Assembly: GCA_020633495.1 (NCBI GenBank)
Contig: JACKDR010000001.1
Coordinates: 118,105-182,104, forward strand
Length of the DNA stretch: 64,000 nucleotides
Reading direction: 5' to 3'
From: Kofleriaceae bacterium
Lineage (GTDB): Bacteria > Myxococcota_A > Polyangia > Haliangiales > Haliangiaceae
The notes beneath the pieces are model-generated. The model ran no database searches, had not been told where the DNA came from, and saw nothing but the letters and a program-made list of their open reading frames with translations. Both the position numbers and the translations under genes were made by a program. Below are positions 45,435 through 54,490 of this stretch, in pieces (position 1 is the stretch's first letter; each line of letters opens with the position of its first letter).

Positions 45435-46672
45435 CGCGCCCTCCGGGCGTCGCGCAGCATGTTCTCGGCGCTCGGCCCCGAGCGGCGGCGCTCGTCCCAG
45501 CGCGCCAGCTCGCGATCGATCGCGTCGTTGTCGAGATCGACGAAGGTCAGATCGTCGACGGCGTCGGCGTGGGCCGCCTCGATCAGGCGCCGCAGCGACG
45601 CCCGCGTCACCGGACGGCCGCCGAGCCCGGCGATCGCGGTGTAGACCGGGATCGGCTGGCCGCGCAGCGCCATCCGCACGTTCGACGCCATCGCGCCGCC
45701 GAGCCCGGGCGCCAGGTTGCGCTCGACGACGACGACCCGCTGGGCGCCGCCGAGCGCGCCGGCCAGCGCGGCCAGCGGGAACGGGCGGAACGCGCACAGC
45801 GCGACCGCGCCGACCGCGAGGCCGGCGTCGCGCAGCTCGTCGATCGCGACCTCGATCGTCCCGGTCACCGAGCCCATCGCGACGACGATCGTGTCGGCGT
45901 CGCCGGTCCGGTAGCCGTGCAGCAACGCGCCCGAGTCGCGGCCGAAGCGGGCCCGGAAGTCGGCGGCGAGCTGCGGGATGCGCTCGAGCGCCTGCAGCTG
46001 CTTGTGGTGGGCGAGGTAGCGGACCTCGGTGAAGGCCTCGGGGCCGACCATCGCGCCGATCGACACCGGATCGGTGGGGTCGAGGACCTGGACCGGCCGG
46101 TACGGCGGCAGGAACGCGTCGACGTCGTCCTGGGCCGGCACGTCGAGCGGCTCGACCGAGTGGGTCAGGACGAAGCCGTCGACGCACACCATCACCGGGC
46201 ACGACAGCTCCTCGGCGAGGCGGAACGCCAGGACGTGGAGGTCGACCGCCTCCTGGGCGTCGCGGGCGAACAGCTGGATCCAGCCGGCGTCCTTGAGCGC
46301 CATCGCGTCGGAGTGATCGTTCCAGATGTTGATGGGCGCGCCGACCGCGCGGTTGCCCAGCGTCATCACCACCGGCAGGCCCAGGCCCGAGACGTTGTAG
46401 ACCACCTCCGCCATGTGCAGCAGGCCCTGGCTCGCGGTCGCGGTGTAGGCGCGGGCGCCCGCCGCCGACGCGCCGAGCGCGACCGACAGCGCCGAGGTCT
46501 CGGACTCGACGTTGATGTACTCGCACGGCGCCAGCGTGCCGTCGCGCACCAGCTCCGACAGGCCCTCGACGATGTGGGTCTGCGGCGTGATCGGGTAGGC
46601 GCAGACCACCTCGGGGCGACAGCGCGCGATCACCTCGGCGATCGCGCGCGAGCATTCGAGTTGCTTCAGCAT
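45431..46672 (-). CDS. porA: 2-oxoacid:ferredoxin oxidoreductase alpha subunit
   Basis: The PorA-like sequence begins at [32 protein letters not shown]. The start is in frame with ORF 45431..47296. Confidence 0.8.
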   Translation of the reverse strand: MLKQLECSRAIAEVIARCRPEVVCAYPITPQTHIVEGLSELVRDGTLAPCEYINVESETSALSVALGASAAGARAYTATASQGLLHMAEVVYNVSGLGLPVVMTLGNRAVGAPINIWNDHSDAMALKDAGWIQLFARDAQEAVDLHVLAFRLAEELSCPVMVCVDGFVLTHSVEPLDVPAQDDVDAFLPPYRPVQVLDPTDPVSIGAMVGPEAFTEVRYLAHHKQLQALERIPQLAADFRARFGRDSGALLHGYRTGDADTIVVAMGSVTGTIEVAIDELRDAGLAVGAVALCAFRPFPLAALAGALGGAQRVVVVERNLAPGLGGAMASNVRMALRGQPIPVYTAIAGLGGRPVTRASLRRLIEAAHADAVDDLTFVDLDNDAIDRELARWDERRRSGPSAENMLRDARRAR

Positions 46673-47238
46673 CGCGCGGGCTCCGGGCGGGTCAGCGCGA
46701 AGGTGGCGGCGGCCGCCGCGGCGTTGCGCTCGCCGACGTCGCCGGCGAAGCGCTCGCGGATCGCGGCGCGCAGCGAGTCGAGCGCGACCGCGCCGGTGAG
46801 GCCGGCGAAGCCGCCGAGCAGCGCGGCGCTGGGCAGCGGCCGACCCAGGTGGGCGCGCGCGATCTCGGTCGCCGGCACGCAGCGAGCGTGGCCGCGCGGG
46901 AACCGCTCGACCCACTCGGCGAGGCCGAGGTCGGCGAAGCCGCGGCTGGAGTTGACCAGGACCCAGCCGTCGTCGTGCAGCCCGGCGAAGACGTCGAGCG
47001 ACTGCAGCAGCGTCGGATCCTGGACGACGACGACATCGGGCGCGGTGATGGGCTCGCGCAGCCGGATCGGCTCGTGGTCGAGCCGGCAGAACGAGACCAC
47101 GGGCGCCCCCATCCGCTCCGAACCGAAGCTGGGGAAGGCCTGCGCGTACTGCCCCTCGCGGAAGGCGGCGAACGACAGCAACTCGGCGGCGGTGACGACG
47201 CCCTGGCCGCCACGACCATGGATGCGTATCTCGAGCAC
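46666..47238 (-). CDS. porG: 2-oxoacid:ferredoxin oxidoreductase gamma subunit
   Basis: GTG 47238 begins [22 protein letters not shown], a canonical PorG start. The upstream part of the ORF is junk. Confidence 0.75.
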   Translation of the reverse strand: MLEIRIHGRGGQGVVTAAELLSFAAFREGQYAQAFPSFGSERMGAPVVSFCRLDHEPIRLREPITAPDVVVVQDPTLLQSLDVFAGLHDDGWVLVNSSRGFADLGLAEWVERFPRGHARCVPATEIARAHLGRPLPSAALLGGFAGLTGAVALDSLRAAIRERFAGDVGERNAAAAAATFALTRPEPARC

Positions 47239-47278
47239 GGGACCTCGGGGCGCCTGGGAGGGGCGCACGACCTCCCCG

Positions 47279-47295
47279 TGCAAGCCAGGTGCCCA
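47279..47295 (-). promoter_or_regulatory. sigma-54 (-24/-12) promoter candidate for the porGAB-gltD operon
   Basis: The minus strand reads TGGGCAC-CTGGC-TTGCA, which is GG-N10-GC and matches TGGCAC-N5-TTGCW at all key positions. The site lies about 40 nt upstream of porG GTG and is divergent from a sigma-54 activator gene. Confidence 0.55.
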
Positions 47296-47434
47296 CGCCT
47301 CCGACGCCGTGAGGCCGGGTCGAGCGTGCAGCGGTTGCGCCGGCCCCCGGGGCGGCGCAGGGATTTCGCGCGAGTTGACGCGTTTACAAGGCCGCGCCAG
47401 GGCGCAGCCGTTGCGGCCACCCGGCGGCGCGGCG

Positions 47435-49222
47435 ATGATCGCCGGGATGCGTCTGATGGTGGTCGAGGGCCCGGACCGCGGCCGCGAGCTCGAGCTGGTC
47501 GAGCCCGGCGGCGCCCTCGGCCGCGCCGACGACTGCGCGATCCGCCTCGGCGACCCGGCGGTCAGTCGCCACCACTGCCGGGTCGTGGTGCACGGCGCGA
47601 CCGCGCGCCTGGTCGACGACGCGAGCACCAACCGGACCCTGGTCAACGACGCGCCGGTGCGCGAGGTCGAGCTGCGGCCCGGCGATCGGATCGCGGTGGG
47701 CCGCACCGTCCTGGTGGTCGCCGGCGCCGCGCCCGCGGTCGCGCCGCGGCCCGCCGCGATCGAGCTGGCGACCGTCGAGCTGGTGACCCGCGCCGGCGGC
47801 GCCGACGATCTGCCGGCGGTGCTGGCCCGCCTCGGCGACGCGCTGCAGCGCGCGACCGACGTCGCCGCCGCCGCGACCGCGGCGTGCCAGGCGGTCGCGA
47901 CCGCGCTCGGCGCCGCGGCGGTGACGCTGGTGCGGCGCCGGGCCGACGGCGACCTCGACGCGATCGCCGCGACCGGCGCCGCGACCGGCGCCGCGGACGG
48001 CGGGGCGGACGGCGCCGCGGACACGACGCCGGGGATCGATCCGCGCGCCGCGATCGATCGCGGCGTCGCCGCGGCCTACGTCCTGGCCGATCGTCACGTC
48101 CTGGTGGCGCCGCTGGCGCCCGCCGACGCGACGGCGCTGGTGCGCGGCGCGCTGATCGCGACGCGCGCCGCGGCGTGGCGCCGTCGCGACCTCGAGCTGG
48201 CGTCGGCGCTGGCGCGGCTGGTCGGCGCCGGCCTCGACGCCCAGGTCGCGCGCGATCGCCTCGATCGCGCCAACCGCTCGCTCGCCGAGCGCCTCGGCGG
48301 CGCGGTGATCGCCGACAGCGACGCGTCGCGCCAGCTCGCCACGCTGATCGCGCGGGTCGGGCCCACCGACACGACCGTGCTGATCACCGGCGAGTCCGGC
48401 GTCGGCAAGGAGCTGGTCGCCGAGGCGGTCCACGCCGCCAGCCCGCGGGCGCGCGGCCCGTTCGTCGCGGTCAACTGCGCGGCGCTGTCCGAGGGCCTGC
48501 TCGAGAGCGAGCTGTTCGGCCACGAGAAGGGCGCGTTCACCGGCGCCGCGGCGCGCCGCGCCGGTCGCCTCGAGCAGGCCGACGGCGGCACGCTGTTCCT
48601 CGACGAGGTCGGCGAGCTCGGCGACGCCGCCCAGGCCAAGCTGCTGCGCGCGCTCGAGGCCCGCCGCTTCGAGCGGGTCGGCGGCGCCCACACCGTCGCC
48701 GTCGACCTGCGGCTGATCGCGGCCACCAACCGCGACCTCGAGGCGATGGTCCACGCCGGCCGGTTCCGTCGCGATCTCTACTACCGGCTGTGCGTGGTGC
48801 GCCTGGCGATCGCGCCGCTGCGCGAGCGCCGCGCCGACGTCGCGCCGCTGGCGCGCCTGTTCGTGGCCCGGTTCGGCGCCGCCACCGGCCGGCCGCGCAC
48901 GCTCGACGACGACGCGCTCGCCGCGCTCGAGGCCCACGACTGGCCCGGCAACGTCCGCGAGCTGCGCAACGTGATCGAGCGGGCGATCGCGCTGGGCGCC
49001 GGCCCGACGATCACCGCGGCCGACGTCGAGCCGCTCGGCGCCCTGGCCGCGGTGGCGCCCGCGACCGGCGACGCGCCGCCGCGATCGCTGCGCGAGCTGG
49101 AGCAGGAGGCGGTGGCGGGCGCGATGAAGGCGGCGCGCGGCAACAAGGCGCGCGCCGCGCAGCTGCTGGGGATCGACCGCACGACGCTGTACAAGAAGCT
49201 GAAGCAGCTCGGGCTCGGCTGA
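47435..49222 (+). CDS. sigma-54-dependent transcriptional activator, FHA-GAF-AAA+-Fis HTH architecture
   Basis: An N-terminal FHA domain is present ([22 protein letters not shown]...NRTLVND). The central sigma-54 interaction domain has [15 protein letters not shown] and the GAFTGA motif. The C-terminal HTH is [21 protein letters not shown] 47435 is in frame. Confidence 0.8.
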   Translation: MIAGMRLMVVEGPDRGRELELVEPGGALGRADDCAIRLGDPAVSRHHCRVVVHGATARLVDDASTNRTLVNDAPVREVELRPGDRIAVGRTVLVVAGAAPAVAPRPAAIELATVELVTRAGGADDLPAVLARLGDALQRATDVAAAATAACQAVATALGAAAVTLVRRRADGDLDAIAATGAATGAADGGADGAADTTPGIDPRAAIDRGVAAAYVLADRHVLVAPLAPADATALVRGALIATRAAAWRRRDLELASALARLVGAGLDAQVARDRLDRANRSLAERLGGAVIADSDASRQLATLIARVGPTDTTVLITGESGVGKELVAEAVHAASPRARGPFVAVNCAALSEGLLESELFGHEKGAFTGAAARRAGRLEQADGGTLFLDEVGELGDAAQAKLLRALEARRFERVGGAHTVAVDLRLIAATNRDLEAMVHAGRFRRDLYYRLCVVRLAIAPLRERRADVAPLARLFVARFGAATGRPRTLDDDALAALEAHDWPGNVRELRNVIERAIALGAGPTITAADVEPLGALAAVAPATGDAPPRSLRELEQEAVAGAMKAARGNKARAAQLLGIDRTTLYKKLKQLGLG

Positions 49223-49370
49223 TCGCGCTCCTCCGCGCGCGCCGCGCGGACCGTCGAGGATCACCACAGGGTGTTGTCGGTGGTGGGGCGCGCCACCGCC
49301 GCGATCCCGAGGCATGACGGCCACTTGCGGATGGCACGCGACGTGATGAAGGGACCGGCCAGGAGGTTCC

Positions 49371-49841
49371 ATGTCCAGATCCATCGTCGCCCTGCTCGTC
49401 TCCACCCTCGTCGCCGTCGCCACCGCGTGCATCCCGCCGTCGCAGACCGGCAACGGCGACGGCGCCGCCCCGCCGTCGTCGTCATCGTCGCGCGGCGGCC
49501 AGGGCGGCGGCTACGCCAGCACCGGCGGCAGCGGCGACCTGTGCCAGCGCGCGTGCCAGCGCTTCGCCGACTGCGGCCTCGACCAGCTCGATCCGTGCGT
49601 GCAGTCGTGCAGCGGCGGCACGATCGCCGCCGACCGGCTCGAGCTGTTCGCGGCCAGCTCGTGCGAGGACCTGCAGTCGTACATGCAGTACGGCGCGCCG
49701 GCCAACCAGACCGGCCAGGGCTGCGCCAGCCACGGCGCCAACGACTGCCCGAACATGGCGGTGTGCTGCAACGGCGACGTCACCACCGGCACGCCCGGCC
49801 AGTGCATCGCCGCGGCGATCTGTTACGCGCCGACGCGGTGA
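49371..49841 (+). CDS. small Cys-rich secreted lipoprotein
   Basis: A signal peptide with lipobox VATACIPP is followed by a Gly/Ser linker and a 12-Cys domain (CQRACQRFADCGLDQLDPCVQSCSGG...CPNMAVCCNG). Confidence 0.5.
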   Translation: MSRSIVALLVSTLVAVATACIPPSQTGNGDGAAPPSSSSSRGGQGGGYASTGGSGDLCQRACQRFADCGLDQLDPCVQSCSGGTIAADRLELFAASSCEDLQSYMQYGAPANQTGQGCASHGANDCPNMAVCCNGDVTTGTPGQCIAAAICYAPTR

Positions 49842-49892
49842 CCGCGGTCGCCGAGGTGACGGCGGTGACGGCGGTGGGCCCGCCGCGCCGGC

Positions 49893-52800
49893 TCAGCGCG
49901 ACGCCAGCCGCGCCAGCCGCGCCAGGCCGTGGGCCCGCGCCCGCGCCGCGACGTCGTCGAGGGTGGCCGCGGCGGCGTCACGCCGACCGGCGGCGCGCTG
50001 CGCCAGGCCGAGCAGCAGACGGCCCTCGAGGCGGAGCTCGAGATCGGGCTCGGCGGCGAGCGCGGCGGCGACCCCGCTCGGCGGTGGCAGCGCGGCGCGG
50101 CCGTCGCGACCGGCGAGCGCGAGCCGGACCTCGTCGAGCGCGGCGACGGTGCCGGCGGCGACGTCGCCGGCGTCGGGCGCGGCCGCGGCGAGCCGACCGT
50201 ACGCGGCGGCGGCGCCGGCGCGATCACCGGACGCGAGCGCGACGCGCAGCGCGGCGTCGTCGAGCCGCACCGCGATCGCCGGGGCCTCGGCGGCGCCGAG
50301 GTCGGCGCGGGCGTCGCGCAGGCTGGCCGCGGCGGCGGCCGCGTCGCCGCCGTCGAGCTGGGCCAGCGCCAGCCAGGCGCCGGCCTCGGCGGCGGCCGGC
50401 GGGTCGGCGAGCTCGCGCCGGCGCCGGCGCGCCTCGGTGAAGCGCGCGATCGCCGTCGCCGCGTCGTCGCGAGACAGCGCCATCTGGCCGATGCTGAGGT
50501 CGACGTAGGCCATCCCGTTGCCGTCGTCGATGGCGCGGAACTCGGCGGCGGCCTCGTCGTAGCGGACCTGCGCGGTCGCGAGGTCGCCCTCGAGCTGGGC
50601 CAGCGAGCCGAGGTTGTAGGCGAGATCGGCGGCGCGGCTGCGATCCTGGGCGCGGCGCGCCACGGCCAGCGCGTCGGTCCAGCGTCGCCGCGCCTCGGCG
50701 TGGTCGCCGTCGCGATGGGCCAGGTTGCCCAGGCTCATCAGGCCCCACGCGACGTTGCCGTCGTCGGCGACCGCGCGGTACAGCGCCAGCGCCTGCTCGA
50801 GCAGCGGCCGGGCCGCGGCGTGATCGCCCTCGATCATCGCGACCATGCCCAGCGAGCCCAGCGCCGCGGCCTCGCCGCGACGATCGCCGCGGCGCCGCGA
50901 CAGCTCGCGGGCCGCCGCCGCCTGGGTGCGGGCGGCGGCGAGATCGCGGCGCCGGAACGCGACGTAGGCCAGCTTGCGCCGGGCGCGGCCGGCCGCCGCG
51001 AGATCGCCGGCGGCCTCGAGCGCGGTCGCGGCGGCCTCGAGGATCGTCGTGGCGCCGTCGAGATCGCCGGTGAGCGCGCGCGCCGCGCCGACCTCGACCT
51101 GGCCCAGCGTCGTCATCGCGGCGAGGCCGCGGGCGCGGCCCGCCGCCTCGAGGCGCTCGCCGGCGGCGAGCTGGGCCGGGAAGTCGCCGGCGAGCTCGGC
51201 GGCCCACGCGTCGTCGAGCGCGACCCGCGGATCGTCGCCGTGCGGCCCGGCGCGCAGGCGATCGAGCAGGGCGCGCGCGTCGGCGACCCGGCCGCCGGCG
51301 AGCCGGGCCCGGACCAGCGCCAGCGCGTGGTCGACGTCGTCGGGGAAGAACCCGAGCAGCGCGACGTCGGCGTCGATGGCGTCGGCCCAGGCGGCGCGGG
51401 CCTCGGCGGCGCGCCCGGCGATCAGCAGGGCCTCGGCGCGGCTGCCGCCGCCGCGCCGGGCCAGCGCGGCCTCCGCGGCGGTCGCGGCGGCGGCGGCCGC
51501 GGGATCGTCGCCGAGCGCGAGCAGCGCGTCGATCAGGCCGGCGTGACCGGCGGCGAGCCCAGGCTCGGCGGCGACGACGCGCGCGAACGCGTCGCGGGCG
51601 TCGGCGGCGCGCGCAGCTCGGCGAGGGCGCGGCGCCCGGCGGCGGCGAGCTCGCGCGCGGCCGCGGCGGTGGCCGGCGCCGCCACCGTCGACGCCCCGCC
51701 CTGGCGCGCCGGCGCCGGCGCCAGCGCGACGCCGGCGACCGCGGCGACGGCCGCGAGCAGCGCGACGCCGCCGCCGATCGCGAGCCGGCGCCGCCACCGC
51801 GACGGCGCCAGCGCGGCGACCAGCGCGCCGGCCGAGGCGAACCGGGCCTCAGGGCGCGCCGCCAGGCCGCGGTTGATCGCCCGCGCCCAGCGCTCGGGCA
51901 TGGCGCCGCCGTCGTCGACGCGCGCCGGCGACGCGCTCGCCGCGCTCGCCGCGGCGGCGGCGCCGGCGGCGCCGGCGACGGTGGTGGCGGTCGCGCCCCG
52001 CGCCGCCGACGACGGCGTCGGTCGTCCGGTCAGCGCCTCCTGCAGCACCACCGCCAGCGCGTAGACGTCGGACGCCGGCGTCGCCGCCGCTCCGGCGAGC
52101 AGCTCGGGCGCCATGTACGCCGGCGTCCCGGCGATCGCGCTCGCCGGCGACCCGGCCGTCGCCGCGGCCGCGGCCGACGACGACGACGACGACGACGACG
52201 CGACCACCGGCTCGCGCGCCGCCGCCGACGCCCGCGCCAGGCCGAAGTCGGTGACCACGGCGCGCGGCCCGGCCGCCCCGTCGGCGATCATCACGTTGCC
52301 CGGCTTGAGATCGCGGTGCACGACGCCGACCGCGTGCGCGACGTCGATCGCCGCGGCGATCTGCCGGCCCAGCGCCAGGACCTGCGCCGGCGGCAGCGGG
52401 CCACGCGCCAGGCGCTCGGCCAGGGTCTCGCCCTCGATCAGCTCCATCGTGAGGAACGCCACCGGCGGCGCCGGGTCGCGCAGGTGCCAGCCGAGATCGA
52501 AGATCCGGCACACCGCCGGGTGGGTCACCTTGCGCGCGAGCTGGACCTCCCGCTTGAAGCGGGTGACCGCGGGGTCATCCGGGCCGGCGGCGCCACGCAC
52601 GGTCTTGAGCGCCACGGTGACGTCGAGCTCGAGGTCGCGGGCGCGGTAGACCTCGCCCATGCCGCCCTGGCCGAGGAACGCCTCGATCCGGTAGCGGCCG
52701 GCGACCTCGTCGCCGATCGCGAACGTCAGCGTCGACGACGAGCCGACGCCGGCGTCCAGACGCTCGGTCGGCGCGTCGCCGGTCGCCGCCGCGGGTGACT

Positions 52801-52936
52801 CGGGCTCCACGCACGCATCGTAGCCGGCTGCGGCCGCGACGTGCGCGTCGTAGCTCCGCCCAGACTCGCGACCGGGCCCGAGGGTTGCCCGCGCCTGCGA
52901 GACACTCTGTCTCTCCGGCGCGTCAGCGTGGCGCAT
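49893..52936 (-). CDS. Ser/Thr protein kinase - single TM - TPR-repeat domain; frameshift at a (GC)4 tract between the TM and TPR parts
   Basis: The kinase domain (GQGGMGEVYRARD, HRDLKPGNVMI, DFGLAR, GTPAYMAPE, SDVYALAVVL) and a TM helix (LAIGGGVALLAAVAAVAGVALA) are in ORF 51533..53161, with the start taken at ATG 52936. More than 500 aa of TPR-like repeats (ADARDAFARVVAAEPGLAAGHAGLIDALLALGDD...) are in ORF 49893..51797. The junction ELRA|AADARD lies at CTGCGCGCGCC near 51615. Confidence 0.6.
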
Positions 52937-52976
52937 TGACGGGCGCCCGCGACCCCCGGAAAGTGGGCACACCACG

Positions 52977-53324
52977 ATGTCCAAGCTTCGTCTGGGAGTC
53001 CTTGCCGCGACGCTCGCGGCCGCCGCCTCCGCCTGTGGCACGGAGACCGACGATCGCCCCGCCACCGCGCAGTACGTGGTCACCACGATCCTGCGTCCCT
53101 CCTGCGCCACCGCGGCGTGCCACTCGAGCCAGACCGCGGTCCAGGGCCTGGTGTTCGACACCGTCGCCGGCGCCTGCGCCGCCTACGACGAGCACGACGT
53201 CCAGGCGTTCCTCGTCGGCAACGGCGCGGGCGGGCTGCGCATGCCCGCCGACTCGCCGCTGCCCACCGCCGACATCGACCTGCTGCAGCAGTGGCTCGAC
53301 GACGGCCAGCCGGGGTGCCCGTGA
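52977..53324 (+). CDS. small lipoprotein with CX4CH motif
   Basis: The protein MSKLRLGVLAATLAAAASACG has a lipobox and contains SCATAACHS. Its stop overlaps the next gene's ATG as TGATG. Confidence 0.5.
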   Translation: MSKLRLGVLAATLAAAASACGTETDDRPATAQYVVTTILRPSCATAACHSSQTAVQGLVFDTVAGACAAYDEHDVQAFLVGNGAGGLRMPADSPLPTADIDLLQQWLDDGQPGCP

Positions 53325-54433
53325 TGCGCGCCGCGCTGATCGCGGTGGTCGCGCTGGTGATCTGCGGCGCGGCCGGGGTCGCCCACGCCTATCCGCAGTT
53401 CCAGCTCGGCAAGGAGCCGACCTGCACCGCCTGCCACATCGCGCCGGCGGGCGGCGGCCTGCTCAACCCCATGGGCGAGGAGACCGCCGGCGACATCGCC
53501 ACCAGGGAAGGTGATCCGTCGTTCCTGCACGGCAAGTACACGCCGCCCGACTGGCTCGCGCTGGGCGGCGACGTCCGCGCCGCCGCCGGCTTCAGCGACA
53601 ACGGCAAGCCCAACCCCGCCGGCTTCCCGATGCAGCTCGAGGGCTACGCCGCCGCCAACCACGACGGCTTCACCGGCTACCTGACCCTCGGCGTCGGCAT
53701 GCCCAACCCCGACAACCCGGTCAGCGCGCTCCTCTTGCGCGAGCACTGGGTCATGTACCGCTCCGCCGAGGGCAGCGAGTCGGGCTTCTACGTGCGCGCC
53801 GGCCGGTTCATGCCGGTCTACGGCCTGCGCCTCGCCGAGCACCCGGTCTACACCCGCCGCTTCGGCGGCACCCCGCTGTACGGCGAGACCTACGGCGTGT
53901 CCGCGGGCTGGCTGTCGGCCGGCGCCGAGGTCCACCTCACCGGGTTCGTCCACGATCCCATCCGCGACGCGATCGAGACCGGCGACGGCGCCGCGCTGTA
54001 CGCCGAGAAGCGCGTCACCGACACGTTCTCGCTCGGCGTCGAGGGCCGCTACGCCACCTCCGACACCGAGACCCGCACCCAGGGCGGCGTCACCGGCAAG
54101 CTCTGGCTCGAGGGGCCCGAGGTCCAGCTGTCAGGCGAGGTCCAGGTCGTCCACCAGACGATCGATCCCGACGCCAGCCGCAACCAGCTGGTCGGCTATC
54201 TCATGGGCTCGTGGGCGGTGCGCCACGGCTTCCTCCTCGACGTCGGCATCGGCCACTACGACGAGAACCTCGCGATCAAGAACCTCGACCGCGACGCCCT
54301 CGACGTCAACCTGCACTGGTTCTTCCACTCGCACGTCGAGTTCCTGCTGACCAACCGGGTGGCGCTGATCGGCCTGGGCTCGGGCGGCGACACGTCTGGG
54401 TACTCGCTGCTGCAGCTGCACTACCGGATCTAG
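53324..54433 (+). CDS. secreted protein with N-terminal CXXCH motif and beta-barrel-like body (outer-membrane-protein-like)
   Basis: A signal peptide MRAALIAVVALVICGAAGVAHA is followed by EPTCTACHIAP. The remaining roughly 330 aa show alternating hydrophobic strands rich in Gly/Tyr and end in LLQLHYRI, which is aromatic-terminal. Confidence 0.55.
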   Translation: MRAALIAVVALVICGAAGVAHAYPQFQLGKEPTCTACHIAPAGGGLLNPMGEETAGDIATREGDPSFLHGKYTPPDWLALGGDVRAAAGFSDNGKPNPAGFPMQLEGYAAANHDGFTGYLTLGVGMPNPDNPVSALLLREHWVMYRSAEGSESGFYVRAGRFMPVYGLRLAEHPVYTRRFGGTPLYGETYGVSAGWLSAGAEVHLTGFVHDPIRDAIETGDGAALYAEKRVTDTFSLGVEGRYATSDTETRTQGGVTGKLWLEGPEVQLSGEVQVVHQTIDPDASRNQLVGYLMGSWAVRHGFLLDVGIGHYDENLAIKNLDRDALDVNLHWFFHSHVEFLLTNRVALIGLGSGGDTSGYSLLQLHYRI

Positions 54434-54490
54434 TCCCGTGCCCGTGCCCGATCTGGGTCGGGCACGGCCGTGACGCCGGCGCCCGGCCGC

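Noticed and set aside
45569-47434. N-terminal 620 codons of the 1217-aa ORF 45569..49222
   Set aside because: This part is antisense to porA and porG. The real protein is the sigma-54 activator starting at Met 47435.
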